Below, piece by piece: positions 1 to 11,120 of a stretch of 64,000 nucleotides of DNA. Under the pieces are notes generated by a model that was given only the letters and a program-made list of their open reading frames with translations, was not told where the DNA came from and did no database searches. The position numbers and the translations under genes are program-made. The stretch spans positions 256,001 to 320,000 of the forward strand of contig CAXXJJ010000004.1 of NCBI GenBank assembly GCA_963667015.2, given 5' to 3'. Source of the DNA: Desulfatiglandales bacterium (GTDB lineage Bacteria > Desulfobacterota > DSM-4660 > Desulfatiglandales > HGW-15). Position 1 is the stretch's first letter; the number at the start of each line of letters is the position of its first letter.

Positions 1-13
1 AGGAGAAAGAAGA

Positions 14-2041
14 ATGAAAATGCACCGCAGATTATGCATGGCCTTTACAGTAGTTATTTTGTTTTCGGGTTTTTTTGCAGCCCCATCCATGGCACAGGTC
101 TCCAGACCCGGTAAATACAGTGGATATACCTCGACGATATACAGTGAAACTGTCCGAAGTTCCCGGTATGTAGCCATGAGGGACGGTATAAAACTGGCAG
201 TGGATATTTTAAGGCCTGCAAAGGACGGGACTGCCGTAAATACCCCCCATCCGGTGCTCTGGTCATACAACTGGGGTGGCAGGGCAATAGGCGGCAGGCA
301 TGCTGTGGACAGGCTCGACGAGATTGTGAAGTACGGATATGTTGTTGCTTTTGTGGATGCTCGTGGATGCGGTGCGTCATACGGGGTTATGGTAGGAAGC
401 TATGCCCGTATAGAGGCTCAGGATGCCTATGATATGACCGAATGGCTCGGGACTCAGACCTGGAGCAATGGAAAAGTCGGCATGATGGGCTGCTCCCACA
501 GCGGACAGATAGAATGGCTTGCGGCAGGCATGAGACCTCCCCATCTCAAGGCGATCTTTCCCCAGTGTTACAGCTTTGATTATTACTTTGGAAAATCACA
601 GGGCGGTATTCCGGGCATGTTCCGATCCGGAAGCGCCTATGAACGAGAAAAAACATCCGCTCCAGTGGATGAAGACCCAACAGGCGCCATGCGCGACGAG
701 GCTGTCGAGCAGCACAGGAAGGGTCGTTCGGATAATGACGTTTTCAGCGAACTTCCCTACAGGGACAGTCTTTCCTCCATTACAAAAAGCAGGGCATGGG
801 AAGAGGCCAGCCCAGGAACATACCTTAAGGACATTCAGGAGTCCGGCATTCCCATCTATCAATGGGCAAGCTGGAACGATTTTTTAACAAAGGTTATGCG
901 CGATGCCTTTATATTCCGCGCCAATGTAAAAACTGTATACAAAACAAGTGTCGGCCAGCTCGGGCACTGCGGATTCGGAAGCTTTGATCTTGTTGCGGAA
1001 GAGCTTCGCTGGTTTGACTACTGGCTCAAGGGTATAGATAACGGCATCATGGATGAACCGCCGATCTATTACAGTGTACTGAATGCCGAACCGGACAAAG
1101 AATGGAGGTTTTCATGGAAGTGGCCTCTGCCCAATGAGAAACCCGTCACATACTATTTTGAACAGGGACCGTCTGAAAGCCCTTATCCGGGCGTAAACGA
1201 CGGAATCCTCACCACAGATGCTCCTGAGAGTGCATCGGCAAAGGACAGCTCCAGGGCCGATTACACTGTTACTCCTGATACACGGGACAGCAAGGGATTC
1301 ACCTACACCTCGGAACCGTCACCGTCCGATACTGACCTTATCGGGTATGTAAAGGCAGACATATGGGTCTCATCTTCGGAAAGCGACCAGGATTTCTTCG
1401 CCTTTCTGGAGGATATCGACGAAGCAGGAAAGGGCACTGTTATCACTCAGTTCCAGCTGAGGGGATCTCACAGGGCACTGAGCGAGCCCTTTTTTGATAA
1501 TCTCGGGCTTCCATGGCGGGCCAACAAAGAATCTGAAGCAGCGATAATGCCCCCGAACCAGCCTGTGAAACTTGTCTTTGATCCCATGCCTGTTTCATAT
1601 GTTGTAAAAAAGGGCAACCGCATCAGGTTTACCATTGTCAATGCCTATCCAGGGGCCAGTTATCTTAATCCGGATGGTGCAATGGTCAGTATCTATCGGG
1701 ACAAAAATCATGTTTCCAGCATCTCCCTGCCTGTTGCCAATGATCCTGTAACAGTAGAAATTGAAATGAAGACCGATAAACCCGGTATGGAAAACGCTGA
1801 TGAATTAAGCTTCATCATAACACCGCCTTTTACTCTGGGCAAGGGATACAGGGCTGAAGATATTGATGTAAGTACACTCATGTTAAACGGAGTCGGCGCG
1901 GTGAGCACCAGGGTGAGCGGCAATACACTTGTGGCAAGATTCAGGAAGCCGTCCACAAATAAGGCGAATTCCCTGGATTTGTCGGGTAATTTTAATTTCG
2001 GGATTCCATTCAGGGGCAGCAAAAGGGTCCAGGTTAAATAA
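14..2041 (+). CDS. CocE/NonD family hydrolase (peptidase S15-like), secreted
   Basis: Signal peptide; MRDGIKLAVDI, DARGCGAS, WSNGKVGMMGCSHSG nucleophile elbow; C-terminal jelly-roll motif. Confidence 0.9.
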   Translation: MKMHRRLCMAFTVVILFSGFFAAPSMAQVSRPGKYSGYTSTIYSETVRSSRYVAMRDGIKLAVDILRPAKDGTAVNTPHPVLWSYNWGGRAIGGRHAVDRLDEIVKYGYVVAFVDARGCGASYGVMVGSYARIEAQDAYDMTEWLGTQTWSNGKVGMMGCSHSGQIEWLAAGMRPPHLKAIFPQCYSFDYYFGKSQGGIPGMFRSGSAYEREKTSAPVDEDPTGAMRDEAVEQHRKGRSDNDVFSELPYRDSLSSITKSRAWEEASPGTYLKDIQESGIPIYQWASWNDFLTKVMRDAFIFRANVKTVYKTSVGQLGHCGFGSFDLVAEELRWFDYWLKGIDNGIMDEPPIYYSVLNAEPDKEWRFSWKWPLPNEKPVTYYFEQGPSESPYPGVNDGILTTDAPESASAKDSSRADYTVTPDTRDSKGFTYTSEPSPSDTDLIGYVKADIWVSSSESDQDFFAFLEDIDEAGKGTVITQFQLRGSHRALSEPFFDNLGLPWRANKESEAAIMPPNQPVKLVFDPMPVSYVVKKGNRIRFTIVNAYPGASYLNPDGAMVSIYRDKNHVSSISLPVANDPVTVEIEMKTDKPGMENADELSFIITPPFTLGKGYRAEDIDVSTLMLNGVGAVSTRVSGNTLVARFRKPSTNKANSLDLSGNFNFGIPFRGSKRVQVK

Positions 2042-2158
2042 GGTGGTACTGGTACATATCCGGTCTGAGCGGACCCACTGTCAGGGTCCACATGCCGTCT
2101 TCACCCTTTACAAAGGGTACAGGTTTATTCCCGGTTAAATTCTCTTTTATGAGGAAGA

Positions 2159-2187
2159 AGTATATGGAGCTGAGTTTTGTATGTCAA
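2159..2187 (-). promoter_or_regulatory. Sigma70-type promoter TTGACA-N17-TATACT with no cognate downstream gene
   Basis: Near-consensus hexamers, 17-bp spacer; homologous to 35020-35048. Confidence 0.55.
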
Positions 2188-2310
2188 TATACTTTACTCG
2201 TCTCATAGGCGAGGGCAGTTCAGTTTCCCGGCATTATACCCTGAACCAGGCTTTTTACTCATTTGCACTAAAAGAAACTGCTGGAAAAAATAATGATTTT
2301 AAAAAACACA

Positions 2311-2346
2311 TAAACCCCACCTTCTCAAATAGGGAGGTGGGGTTTA
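2311..2346. terminator. Intrinsic terminator-like hairpin
   Basis: AAACCCCACCTTCTC / GGGAGGTGGGGTTT inverted repeat. Confidence 0.6.
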
Positions 2347-2715
2347 GGATTACTGATTGATTATACTTTCCAAAGGCAGTTCGGTCATCGAATACCTCTC
2401 ATCTGTTTTAACGATTTAATTATCATTCTGTCTTTCCTTATAAAACTGTGAAAAATTTTATCCAAAAGTGATAAGAAATTGCATGGTTTACAGGTAAAGT
2501 TTTACACATCTTCATCATTGCTAAAAAGATATTTCTAAAGATTTTACCACTATAATAAATATATATGCTTAATTTATTTACAATTTTTATAATTTGCTGA
2601 TTTTTAATAATTTTCAGATAAAGCTGGCATAGTAATTGCCACATTAAAAAATTATCTTCATGTCTAGAATTAATCAACTAAGCGTCGGACCGAGTGTAGA
2701 AAGGAGGAAATTAAA

Positions 2716-3444
2716 ATGCGGAGAATTTTTATAATAATTATTCTATTAACAGTACTTGGTATTCCTGGAATAAGTTTTTCATATACTTTTCTAGATGATT
2801 TCAACGACAGTGATTTAAATGGTTGGTCTCAAAAAATTGGTACTTGGTCAGCTGCAGATGAATATCTTGATAACAGCGGCAGCCCATATGGTGTAATCTT
2901 GAAAGATGGTTCATTCGGAGTTTATCAAGAAATCCAGGTGGATGCTTATTTTGATTTGAGCAACATTGATGATCAAATAGCGCATTTAAGATTAAGGACA
3001 ACAGAGCACGAAGGTGCAACACAACCATGGTGGGATACTGGATATCTAGGAGAGTTTCGAACGGATCACGTCACTATTTACAATACTTATTTGGGGGGTG
3101 GAAACCCAATAATTTCATTCGAATTTGATAATCCAATTAGTTCTAACGGATGGTACACGTTAACCTTTAGCGTCTCCGGTATCGGAAATGATACACATTT
3201 TGATATAGGGATTGATGGTATGGCATCCTTCGGCTACGATTATGATAATTCAATAACTGCACTGGATAGCGGTTATATTGGCCTTGGTCGGCGTATCACA
3301 TACGATAATGCACAAGGTTATTCATCTATTGCACCTGTCCCTGAACCGGCCACTATGCTTCTTCTTGGTTCCGGTCTTATGGGACTTGCAGGTTTCAGGC
3401 GCAAATTCAAAAAGGCTTCTGATTTCCCGTTCTCCGAGATCTGA
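2716..3444 (+). CDS. PEP-CTERM sorting domain surface protein
   Basis: Signal peptide; C-terminal VPEPATMLLLGSGLMGLAGFRRKFKK; SD AGGAGG. Confidence 0.92.
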   Translation: MRRIFIIIILLTVLGIPGISFSYTFLDDFNDSDLNGWSQKIGTWSAADEYLDNSGSPYGVILKDGSFGVYQEIQVDAYFDLSNIDDQIAHLRLRTTEHEGATQPWWDTGYLGEFRTDHVTIYNTYLGGGNPIISFEFDNPISSNGWYTLTFSVSGIGNDTHFDIGIDGMASFGYDYDNSITALDSGYIGLGRRITYDNAQGYSSIAPVPEPATMLLLGSGLMGLAGFRRKFKKASDFPFSEI

Positions 3445-3502
3445 TCACAGTTATTCTTCTCCCTCAACAATCTACTTCCTGTCACAGGAATATTTAAAAT
3501 AA

Positions 3503-3533
3503 AAAGGCAGAGTTACTTTTAACCTCTGCCTTT
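3503..3533. terminator. Bidirectional terminator between convergent genes
   Basis: AAAGGCAGAG...CTCTGCCTTT. Confidence 0.65.
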
Positions 3534-3587
3534 CATATACCAATGTAACAATTAAAATGAATTGTTATTAAATCATACAAACTGCTG

Positions 3588-4700
3588 TTATTTAAAAACC
3601 AGCATTGTGGCAGTCTGATTGATATGACCGATAAATTCTTCGCCATAAGTGCTGAAACCTACTGTAGGTACCTCACTGAATAGTTTCCCATAGTCATCAG
3701 TCTGCTGTTTGGCCTTCAGTTCAAGAGTTCTCAATATGCAATTGAAATTGATTATCCCTGAAAAACTGCCAAACTGTTTTTCCTTATCTTCTAAGGCTTT
3801 CCTGGTCTCGTCAATAATGTTCTCTGACTGGAGAAGTGTCAGCTCAGTGTTTTCAAGAATATTGCAATAAAAAATCATGCTGCTGCCCTGGACCTGCTGG
3901 GGACTTCTTACATAGGGTTCATCTCCTACCATAAGTCCAACGGGGTTTGTCATAAAATAATCAGGGGCTTTTTCTGCCTCAATACCCAGTAATGAGGCAT
4001 ATTCCTGAACCGCCGGCCGATTGTTGAATTCAATAACTTCTCTTCTTGCCTCGTCAACCTTTGTAGCAGTTAAAGCGATATTTAAAGATTTAAAACTCTG
4101 TGTCTTGATAAAATCAAACTTAACACCAACCTTTATCAATACCAGTAATGCGGAATTTGAATATGCTTTTCCATTTGCAAAAACATGAGTCTGTTTGAAC
4201 TTAAGGTTATCGCCCGCAGAACCGCCTATAAATGTAACATTTGTAAGATCTCCAATCCTGTCCATGACTCTTTCTTCTGCACCGCTCAGGCCGTCCACAA
4301 GAATCAAACCGATATGTTTTTCCGGATCAAGTTCCTGCATCGGGACTCCATAATAATTCTCAAAGGCCTTGAAGGCCTTTTCCACTGCTGTATTTGAGTC
4401 ATCAGCTATATTCTCAAGTACTTCAATTTTAATGTCCTGTACGACTTTGCTGTTTAGACCCATGGCAACGACAGAATCATCCAGCATCTTCCCTGATGTT
4501 ATTTCTCCTGATGTAGTACATCCAAAAACCGGTATATCTCCAAAGGCTGCCTGCATTTTGCTGCTCAATTTATCAGGATCAATATTTGATGATCCAAAAT
4601 AAAGAACCGCGCCGGATTTAATTTCATTCAATTCATTACTGATTTCATTTACTGCATCATCCAATTTTTGATTAACTGAATAACTTGTTCCAATATTCAT
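3588..4700 (-). CDS. FIST signal-transduction domain protein
   Basis: GCTTSGEI, GGSAGD, NCILR, GFSTYGE motifs. Confidence 0.92.
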   Translation of the reverse strand: MNIGTSYSVNQKLDDAVNEISNELNEIKSGAVLYFGSSNIDPDKLSSKMQAAFGDIPVFGCTTSGEITSGKMLDDSVVAMGLNSKVVQDIKIEVLENIADDSNTAVEKAFKAFENYYGVPMQELDPEKHIGLILVDGLSGAEERVMDRIGDLTNVTFIGGSAGDNLKFKQTHVFANGKAYSNSALLVLIKVGVKFDFIKTQSFKSLNIALTATKVDEARREVIEFNNRPAVQEYASLLGIEAEKAPDYFMTNPVGLMVGDEPYVRSPQQVQGSSMIFYCNILENTELTLLQSENIIDETRKALEDKEKQFGSFSGIINFNCILRTLELKAKQQTDDYGKLFSEVPTVGFSTYGEEFIGHINQTATMLVFK

Positions 4701-4728
4701 AATCATCTCCTTATCGTCCTATTAGCAG

Positions 4729-4929
4729 TTAAATAGACACGCCCATTTCCTGTGCGGCTGCTTTTATTTTCTTTATTATTTCAGGGTCATCTTCACTTGT
4801 GTTTGTAAATTTATCCGGATTAAAGCCTTTAAGAATTAATTTTGTTTTGGTGAGATTCATCATTGTGATATTGCCATTTGATCTTTTGGCAATGATTTCA
4901 TCGAGCATTTTCTTTATCACTCCAGCCAT
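4729..4929 (-). CDS. Small hypothetical protein (66 aa) upstream of the FIST gene
   Basis: MAGVIKKMLDEII...; SD GGAGG upstream of ATG 4929. Confidence 0.75.
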   Translation of the reverse strand: MAGVIKKMLDEIIAKRSNGNITMMNLTKTKLILKGFNPDKFTNTSEDDPEIIKKIKAAAQEMGVSI

Positions 4930-5153
4930 AGATACCTCCATTAGAATTCGAGCTTCAGTTATCAGATCTATATTAAATCGGCAGTTAAGGTAAGAACTTG
5001 AAAATAAAATATTAGGACAGGTCGTGCTACGCATGCATTCACTGTATTCGGTTCTGATAGATACAGAGAGGATGCGGACATAAAATCATGGAAAAGATTC
5101 AGCCTGTTTTCTCCCTGTAATTTCGAAGTGTACCTGAGAAATCTTTGTTTCTC

Positions 5154-5279
5154 CTGATCTCCGACATAAGATATCTGCCCTCCCTGTCACGGCGTAGCTG
5201 TAAACGAAGCCGGCTGTTTTTATGCTTTTCCTAACAGCCTACCATGGCACGGCGTAGTAATACGAAGCCGGCAGTCTAA
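5154..5279 (+). repeat. ~125-bp direct repeat, copy 1 (contains two ACGGCGTAG...CGAAGCC REP-like units)
   Basis: Near-identical to 7386-7511. Confidence 0.85.
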
Positions 5280-5350
5280 CAGTCTGTTTTTCCCTTGACT
5301 AAACCACCCCACAGGAGTACACAAATACAATAAATACCAAGACTTACCTG

Positions 5351-5441
5351 CCCTGTTAAATTTCCCAGAGGGAACCTTATTAAACAGGGTAAACCCTGTT
5401 AAATTCGCACAGCGAAGCTACGAAGCAGCATTTATACAGGG
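5351..5441. repeat. Two tandem CCCTGTTAAAT...ACAGGG REP-like palindromes
   Basis: Family also at 8887, ~15925, ~25407, 39031. Confidence 0.8.
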
Positions 5442-5598
5442 AGACTTCTCGAATTTTGAATCTCTAATATATTTAACGTTACTAACAGCCTTCCCTGGTA
5501 TGTCGTAGCTTAAGCGACGGCGGAAGCCTGTTTATATATGTATGATGTCAAGGGCGGACCCTGGCTGCATATTAATCTGAAAATCAGGAGAATATCTT

Positions 5599-7284
5599 AT
5601 GAAAAACATGAAGAACATAGTGTTGATTATCTTTCTGTGTCTTTCTTTATTAATACTTTCCGGCAGCAACATCAGTAATAATACAGATAACACCGGGTAT
5701 CTGCCCGGTGGAGAACCGTTCCATGTAAATAAGGACTACAACAAAAAACCTGTGCAGGTCATAGGTAATGACATCATTAAGAAACTGGACAATGGAGAAT
5801 TTGAGGATATAGAAAAATACATAGATTACCTTGTTTCTGAAAAGCCCTATTCAGTCAATGGAACAAGGCTCCTTGAAGAGCTCTATGATTATGTGGCGCA
5901 GAATTCATTCAACATTGACATGCTTAACAAATGGTGTGCAAAAGAGCCGTCACATCACTCGGCCTTTATATTCAGAGGTAATTATTATATCACCGTGGCC
6001 TGGATGCACAGGGGAGGCGGCCTTGGGGGTGGTGTTACTGAAGACGGGTACAGAAATTTATATAAATATTTATGGCTTGCAGAAAAGGACCTTAACAGGG
6101 CCTGGAGTATGAATCCCGCGGACCCGAACAGTGCAGCCTCCATGCCTACAGTATGCACCGGTTTAAGAAGGCCGCTGAAGGAGATGGATGCCTGGTTTAA
6201 AAAGGCAGTAACTGCTGACCCGGTTACATATTCATCCTATGCAAATAAACAGAACCATATAAGGTCGAAATGGAACGGCTCCCAGAAAAGAGATTTTGCA
6301 TTTGCCGAGGACTGCTATTATAATGCTCCCCCAAAAAGTGTTATTCATGAAATCATGCTGGATTATCATATTGAATTTGTCAACTGGGAAAGAAAAGACC
6401 CTTTTAAATACTTCAGCGATCCTTCTGTACAGGAAATAATTGATAACATAGCCGAAAAGACCTTTAAAAATTTTCCTGACTCTGTTTCATTAAAGAGCAA
6501 ACTTGCAGAAATAGAAATATATAAGAAGAATTATTCAAACGCTCTTGAGCTTTACAGTGAAATACTTGAAAAAGACCCGGATAACCTTGAAGCTCTGACA
6601 ATAAGAGCAGCGCTGTATTCGCAGATGAGAAAAACTGACCTGGCCCGGGCGGATATTGAAAAAAGCATCAAATTGCGTCAGTCCAGAAAACAAAGACAAT
6701 TGCCCACTGTAACCAAAGATGATTCAAAGCGTATTCCTGAAAAAATCCTTTCTCACTATACAGGCACATACGAAATAAGCCCTGTGGAAAAATTTGTTTT
6801 TTCCCTGTTCAGAACAAGGCTGATGATACTGCTGCCCGGTAACAGGCTTGAACCGCTGTTCCCTGAATCAGATTCAAAATTTTATAATCCCACCTATGGC
6901 ATGTTCGAATTTTTTAAAGATGACAGCGGTAAAACAACTCACCTGACAGTCACCAGGGATGGTGTTGAAAAGAAAGCCAGGTATATAACTGATAACATTC
7001 ACGATAAAGAGGGTATAACACTGCCGGCTGAAATGCTGTCACAGTACATAGGAAGTTATCAGATAACCCCGTCTAATATTGTTGAGGTTACATTGGAAGG
7101 GAACCAGTTATATGCACAGACTCCAGGCTATCTAAAAAAAGCAATATGTCCAGAATCAGAAACAGTTTTCTTTTACAGGATAGCAGACGCTAAAATCCAA
7201 TTTATAAAAGATGAAAACGGAAAAGTAACAGACTTTATACTTATGCAGGGTGCCACCAAAGTACAAAAAGGCCGTCGAATATAG
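5599..7284 (+). CDS. Secreted DUF4034-like / TPR protein with two C-terminal DUF3471-like domains
   Basis: AWMHRGGG motif, TPR-like helices, two 'Y.G.Y.I.P...L.PESE..F' repeats. Confidence 0.7.
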   Translation: MKNMKNIVLIIFLCLSLLILSGSNISNNTDNTGYLPGGEPFHVNKDYNKKPVQVIGNDIIKKLDNGEFEDIEKYIDYLVSEKPYSVNGTRLLEELYDYVAQNSFNIDMLNKWCAKEPSHHSAFIFRGNYYITVAWMHRGGGLGGGVTEDGYRNLYKYLWLAEKDLNRAWSMNPADPNSAASMPTVCTGLRRPLKEMDAWFKKAVTADPVTYSSYANKQNHIRSKWNGSQKRDFAFAEDCYYNAPPKSVIHEIMLDYHIEFVNWERKDPFKYFSDPSVQEIIDNIAEKTFKNFPDSVSLKSKLAEIEIYKKNYSNALELYSEILEKDPDNLEALTIRAALYSQMRKTDLARADIEKSIKLRQSRKQRQLPTVTKDDSKRIPEKILSHYTGTYEISPVEKFVFSLFRTRLMILLPGNRLEPLFPESDSKFYNPTYGMFEFFKDDSGKTTHLTVTRDGVEKKARYITDNIHDKEGITLPAEMLSQYIGSYQITPSNIVEVTLEGNQLYAQTPGYLKKAICPESETVFFYRIADAKIQFIKDENGKVTDFILMQGATKVQKGRRI

Positions 7285-7385
7285 AAGGCTCCAGTAAACC
7301 GGATGGGTCAGTTCTTCACAGGCTGACCCCAGGTTTTTCTCTTTTCCTAACAGTCTTCAGCCTTCAATCTGATTTGCCCTGACCT

Positions 7386-7511
7386 CTGATCTCCGACCTC
7401 AGATCTCTGCCCTCCCTGTCACGGCGTAGCTGTAAACGAAGCCGGCTGGTTTATTGCTTTTCCTAACAGCCTACCATGGCACGGCGTAGTAATACGAAGC
7501 CTACAGTCTAA
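7386..7511 (+). repeat. ~125-bp direct repeat, copy 2
   Basis: Near-identical to 5154-5279. Confidence 0.85.
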
Positions 7512-7771
7512 TTCCCTGTTTTTCCCTGACCTCTGACCTCCGACAACTGGCCTTTTGTTTCTTTTCAACTTTGAGCTTTCAGCTCTCCTACTTTTCTTTC
7601 TTGAATTTATCACAAAAAAGTCCTAAGAATAACTGTGTCTTTTCGGGCAAAATGAATTACCGCTTTAAAGTCTTTCTAAATCAATCAGATCTGATCAAAC
7701 TTATAAAATCATAAATAATTCTATGATGAACTGAGAAGACGTGGGTCTAATCAATAAATCAGGGAGTAGAT

Positions 7772-8648
7772 ATGAGCGAAAATAAAATTGAGTCGCTGGA
7801 ACTGATAGAATCTAAAATCTATACAATTCGCGGTATCCAGGTAATGCTTGATAAAGATCTTGCTGCCTTCTACAGGGTTAAACCTATACGATTGAGGGAA
7901 CAGGTAAAACGAAATAAAAAACGATTTCCACCCGATTTTATGTTTCAATTGACGGAAGAAGAAGCTGATCATATGGTATCGCAAAATGCGATACCTTCCA
8001 GAAAGCATTTAGGAGGTTCGCTGCCCTATGTTTTTACTGAGCAGGGAGTGGGTGCATTATCGGCAGTTTTAACAAGTGATAGAGCTGTAGAAGTAGGTAT
8101 TCAGATTATGAGGGCATTTATAGCGATGCGTCGTTTCATCATTTCTAATGCAGGTATATTTCAGCGGATTGATACTCTTGAATTAAAACAAATTGAAACA
8201 GATAAAAAATTGGCTCAGGTTTTGGATGTTATTGAACGCAAAGAGGTTCAACCTCGCCAGGGGATATTTTATAATGGCCAGGTATTTGATGCATACTCTT
8301 TTGTCTGTGACCTGGTTCGTCGGGCAAAAAAATCGATTATTCTGATTGATAACTATGTCGATGATTCTGTTCTAACATTACTCAGCAAACGCAAAACGGA
8401 TGTTGCTGCCACTATTTATACAAAAAGCATATCAAAACAACTCCAATTGGATCTTAAAAAGCACAACGCACAAATATCCGGCCATAGCAATTAAAACCTT
8501 TAAGATTGCTCATGATCGATTCCTTATAATCGATGAAAAAGAGATTTATCATATCGGAGCTTCATTAAAGGATCTGGGTAAAAAGTGGTTTGGTTTCTCT
8601 AAATTTGAAGTTGGTGCAGTTGAGATGCTTAAAAAATTAAAGAGTTAG
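7772..8648 (+). pseudogene. ORF6N domain DNA-binding protein, frameshifted near 8472
   Basis: IRGIQVMLDKDLA, RFPPDFMFQLT, PYVFTEQGV; C-terminal HDRFLIID...YHIGASLKDLGKKWF is in another frame. Confidence 0.88.
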
Positions 8649-8886
8649 AATTAAGCGAATGGTTTCTGATCTCCCTGGGCGCCGAAGCCCCGGCGAAGGC
8701 GGCTGCTTTTCCCTTTACTTTTCCCAACAACAGGAGTACACAAACACTATCAATAAAGACTTACGACAGATCACTTGCGAAAGCGTTTCACATTAATTGA
8801 AAAGATTTTCCTAACAGCCTTTAGCCTAAAAAGCTTCAGCCTGTTTTTCTAATTTTGAATATTGAATGTTGAACCTTGAATCTTTA

Positions 8887-8934
8887 CCCTGTTAAATTCG
8901 CATAGCGACGCTGCGAAGCAGCATTTATACAGGG
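8887..8934. repeat. CCCTGTTAAAT...ATTTATACAGGG REP-like palindrome
   Basis: Near-identical to 5394-5441. Confidence 0.8.
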
Positions 8935-9111
8935 TGAACTTAATATGTCTGGACTGACACCGTCGAAAGTTTGTAAGTTTTACCAAAGCATATCCAAAGC
9001 GTTGCCAGCTCCAGCACGAAAAAATAATCGTTGGAAAAACAGTGTCCCCAAAAAAACATAAATCCCATTTGCTCAAATATAGAATTCTTGTTTTGAAAAA
9101 GTATTAAAATA

Positions 9112-10228
9112 TTAACCCGGCAACAAAATACTTAACAAATGGATCGTATTTTGTTATAACACGATCATGGAAAAAATAGACGCAAGGAAACTCAGCACTG
9201 ATGCCCAACAACAAATTCGTAATCAAGTCATTCGACTCCGAAAACAGGGACGAACGCATAATGAGATCAGTGCCATTACAGGAGTGAGCCGATCCATTTG
9301 CAGTACATGGTGGGCTCTTTATCAAAAAGAAGGTAATAAAGCCCTTAAAATTAAAAAGCGTGGCCGTCCAAAGGGCAGTTGCCGCACGTTGACACCTGAT
9401 CAGGAAAAAGAATTGCAAAAAGCTATACAAGACAAATGCCCTGACCAAATGAAATTACCATTTGCTTTGTGGACACGCATTGCCGTACAGCAACTCATCA
9501 AACAATTGTGGAATATAGATATGCCGATCAGAACTGTTGGCGAGTATCTGAACAGATGGAATTTTACTCCACAAAAACCACTGAAGAAAGCCTATAAACA
9601 AAATCCAAAAGCAGTCAAAGCTTGGTTGGAGACAGAATACTCGGATATTTCCAAACGTGCAAAAAAAGAGACCGCGGAAATTCATTGGGGGGATGAGACT
9701 GGATTGTGTAACGACAGTTACCATGGAAGAAGTTACGCTCCTCGTGGTGAAACACCGGCGATTAGGCTTCATCCCAGGTGCCAGCGCGTCAACCTGATTT
9801 CCTCTGTCACCAATCAAGGTAAAGTTCGTTTTATGGTTTATAAAAACAAGATGAATTCCCAAACGATGATCAAATTCATGGAACGATTGATCAAAGATGC
9901 TGATAAAAAAATCTTTTTGATTGTAGATAATTTGAAAGTCCATCATAGCTATATTGTCAAAGACTGGCTGAAAGAACATGAAGACAAAATTGAGTTGTTC
10001 TTTCTTCCATCATATTCACCGGAATTAAATCCTGATGAATACCTAAACTGCGACCTAAAGGTCGGTGTACATTCTGGTATTCCAGCCAGAACAAAAAAAG
10101 AACTCAAGCAAAAAGCTATTTCTCATTTGAGAAAGCTTCAAAAACTACCTGGACGTGTTAAAAAATATTTTAAACACCCTAAGATTGCTTATGCTGCTTG
10201 ATAGTCTCCTATTTAATTGCCGGGTTAA
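9112..10228 (+). mobile_element. IS630 family element, copy 1 (1117 bp)
   Basis: Terminal IRs TTAACCCGGCAA / TTGCCGGGTTAA; flanking TA duplication at 9110-9111 and 10229-10230. Confidence 0.95.
9167..10201 (+). CDS. IS630 family transposase
   Basis: WGDETG, DNLKVH, LPSYSPELNPDE DDE motifs. Confidence 0.96.
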   Translation: MEKIDARKLSTDAQQQIRNQVIRLRKQGRTHNEISAITGVSRSICSTWWALYQKEGNKALKIKKRGRPKGSCRTLTPDQEKELQKAIQDKCPDQMKLPFALWTRIAVQQLIKQLWNIDMPIRTVGEYLNRWNFTPQKPLKKAYKQNPKAVKAWLETEYSDISKRAKKETAEIHWGDETGLCNDSYHGRSYAPRGETPAIRLHPRCQRVNLISSVTNQGKVRFMVYKNKMNSQTMIKFMERLIKDADKKIFLIVDNLKVHHSYIVKDWLKEHEDKIELFFLPSYSPELNPDEYLNCDLKVGVHSGIPARTKKELKQKAISHLRKLQKLPGRVKKYFKHPKIAYAA

Positions 10229-11120
10229 TAATGAGAGCTAAGCGGAAACTTAATCCCTTTATGTCTCTTCATTAGCTTCGAGGGAGGGTACTATGCCCAT
10301 AACTGAATACGTAACAAAAGTTGCAGGAAGCGTATTATTAGCATATATAAAAAAGAGACTTGCTAATTCTTCAATTAATAAGAAACTTGATAAAGAAGCT
10401 ATCGAAAAGGGAATTGAAAACCATATAATCGAAATAAATAAATGGAGTAGTCATTTTCAATTTCTAGAAATGTCTGTTCCAAGTAGTACTGATGAAAATA
10501 CAATCGCCCTTGATTTTCATACACAGCCTCGCAAATTCAGAGGTAACAGTAATCTAGATAAAATAAAGACTGAAAAGGAATTATTAGAAGGCTCTGAACA
10601 TTACTTATTACTAGGTGAGCCTGGTTCCGGTAAAACAACTACTTTAAAAAGACTTATTAGGAAATTATTCACCACTCCTCCTATATCAAATTCGGATATA
10701 TATCAGATACCACTTGTAGTGAGACTTCGCGAGATACCAAGAGGAAAAACATTGCATATGGTAATTGCTGATATCCTAAACATCGCTTATGAAAACATGG
10801 AACGCAAACGGACTATAAAAGCTGATCCAAAAATTCATGGTGCTACAGATACTGTGATTTTGCATATTGATACATTAGTCGGTGGTAAACCGATTGAGGA
10901 TGTTATCCCTCATGTCATTGCCAATATGGGAGTTATATTATTTTTAGATGGCTTGGATGAGGTTCATTCTTCAATTCGATCAGACATAAAGGACGAAATA
11001 TTACAGCTAAGGGATGACTCAAAAATAAATTAACAGATTAAAGATGAACTATACCATAAAGCTTGAAAGCGTCTGACATGGCGATAGATATATTACATTG
11101 TAATATTAGCAGGTTAAATA

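Noticed and set aside
9104..9979. Antisense ORFs within IS630, and most other short overlapping ORFs in the track
   Set aside because: Shadow frames of real genes with no motifs or RBS.
10231..10280. Possible decayed attC before the NACHT gene (AATGAGAG...CTCTTCATTAGCT)
   Set aside because: Short stem, no GTT core and no matching R'' after the gene; insufficient support.
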